From IMG/VR virus record IMGVR_UViG_2974607751_000001, positions 35,533-99,532 of that record: a stretch of DNA of 64,000 nucleotides; one strand, given 5' to 3'. Shown in pieces: positions 63,286 through 64,000 of this stretch. Under the pieces are notes generated by a model that did not search any database, was not told where the DNA came from, and was given only the letters and a program-made list of their open reading frames with translations. The DNA is from a virus (Duplodnaviria; Heunggongvirae; Uroviricota; Caudoviricetes; Demerecviridae). Position 1 is the stretch's first letter, and each line of letters starts with the position of its first letter. The position numbers and the translations under genes were made by a program.

Positions 63286-63355
63286 TTAACACATAAGCCT
63301 CTACGGAGGCTTTAAAATAAAAAGCAGGTCATCTGACCTTAAAAAGGAAACACAA

Positions 63356-64000
63356 TGAGTACATATAATTTTAAAGACAAACTGAGACAAAATGCTGGTA
63401 GGGGAAAAGCTAAGGAAACAAATAATATTCCAAATGCTAAGATCCTACCATTTCCTGAGCTAACCCAAGAAGAAAAAGATAAGCTAGCATTTATGTTTGA
63501 TACCTTGCTAGGACTGAACGGACGTTTATACTCTAGTCTCTCTTTAAATGAGAAGCGTTTAGTAGAGTTCTTCGGAAAACGTTATCAAGTTACATCTAAA
63601 GGTAACGCTCTCAAAGAAGGAGAAAAACCCTACACAGTTATTAAGATTAGTGCATATGCACATCGTTTCTTAATTCGTGCGCTAGAGACGGAATACTTCA
63701 CATTGCCTTCATTTAGTGCATTCCACATCTTCGAAGATGAACGAATGAATATTGATGATTTATATGGAGATCGTTATCAATATTCTGGAAGCCCGTTCCA
63801 TGATGCCTTAAGAAGCTACCCAAATTGTTATCTTCCAATTAGAGCATCACAAGGTAAAGCAAGTGTCTTTGCAGTGTACTCAGGGTCTAAAGCATCAGAT
63901 CTAGAAACTTATATTTATAAAGAACGTAGATCTGCTATTCCAGAAGAAGCACGTTATGAAAATCCAATCCTGCCAACTAAAGAAGTCAAGGAAACCAAAA
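63356..64000 (+). CDS. hypothetical protein, 3'-truncated by the window edge
   Basis: The RBS is aaaggaaacacaATG. The ORF is open to the end of the window. Confidence 0.4.

Overview
This window reads as the early-gene region of a T5-like (Tequintavirus) coliphage, in the opposite orientation to the usual T5 map. The assignment rests on a 137-aa M15 L-alanyl-D-glutamate endolysin behind a 218-aa holin, a 250-aa dNMP kinase, a T5orf172 domain gene, HNH endonucleases, an NAD-ligase split into A/B cistrons, and more than 20 copies of a PN25-type promoter (TTGCTT/TTGCTA-17-TATAAT plus a conserved 'ATAAATTGATGAGAGG' leader). The left 17 kb (minus strand) carries the replication module: DNA polymerase N-terminus cut by the window edge, DnaG-type primase, DnaB-like helicase, split NAD ligase, PC4-like SSB, a large P-loop NTPase, Sir2-like protein and anaerobic RNR NrdD. 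From 17.4 kb (plus strand) come PhoH, NrdA, NrdB, DHFR, ThyA, an HslV-like Ntn hydrolase and RNase H, then many small promoter-driven early ORFs. A dense tRNA cluster (about 31 tRNA or tRNA-like genes, 31.4-46.6 kb) is interleaved with small ORFs, including a T5orf172/GIY-YIG-like gene, a truncated hemoglobin and a HicB-like ORF. Downstream are a GrcA-like glycyl radical cofactor, dNMP kinase, ClpP-like protease, holin/endolysin, HNH endonuclease, thioredoxin-like protein and Ser/Thr phosphatase. The most unusual features are these: several long, GC-enriched, ORF-free and helix-rich segments transcribed from early promoters, especially about 830 nt at 30.07-30.95 kb; a nadR-pnuC NAD+ salvage pair alongside Sir2 and NAD-ligase; an oxygen-related trio of NrdD, GrcA and a 2/2 hemoglobin; and tRNAs whose architecture or acceptor identity elements do not match their anticodons (type-II scaffolds carrying Asn and Thr anticodons, and an Arg(ACG) tRNA with G3:U70). 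All coordinates were derived by hand from the printed sequence and may be off by 1-3 nt.
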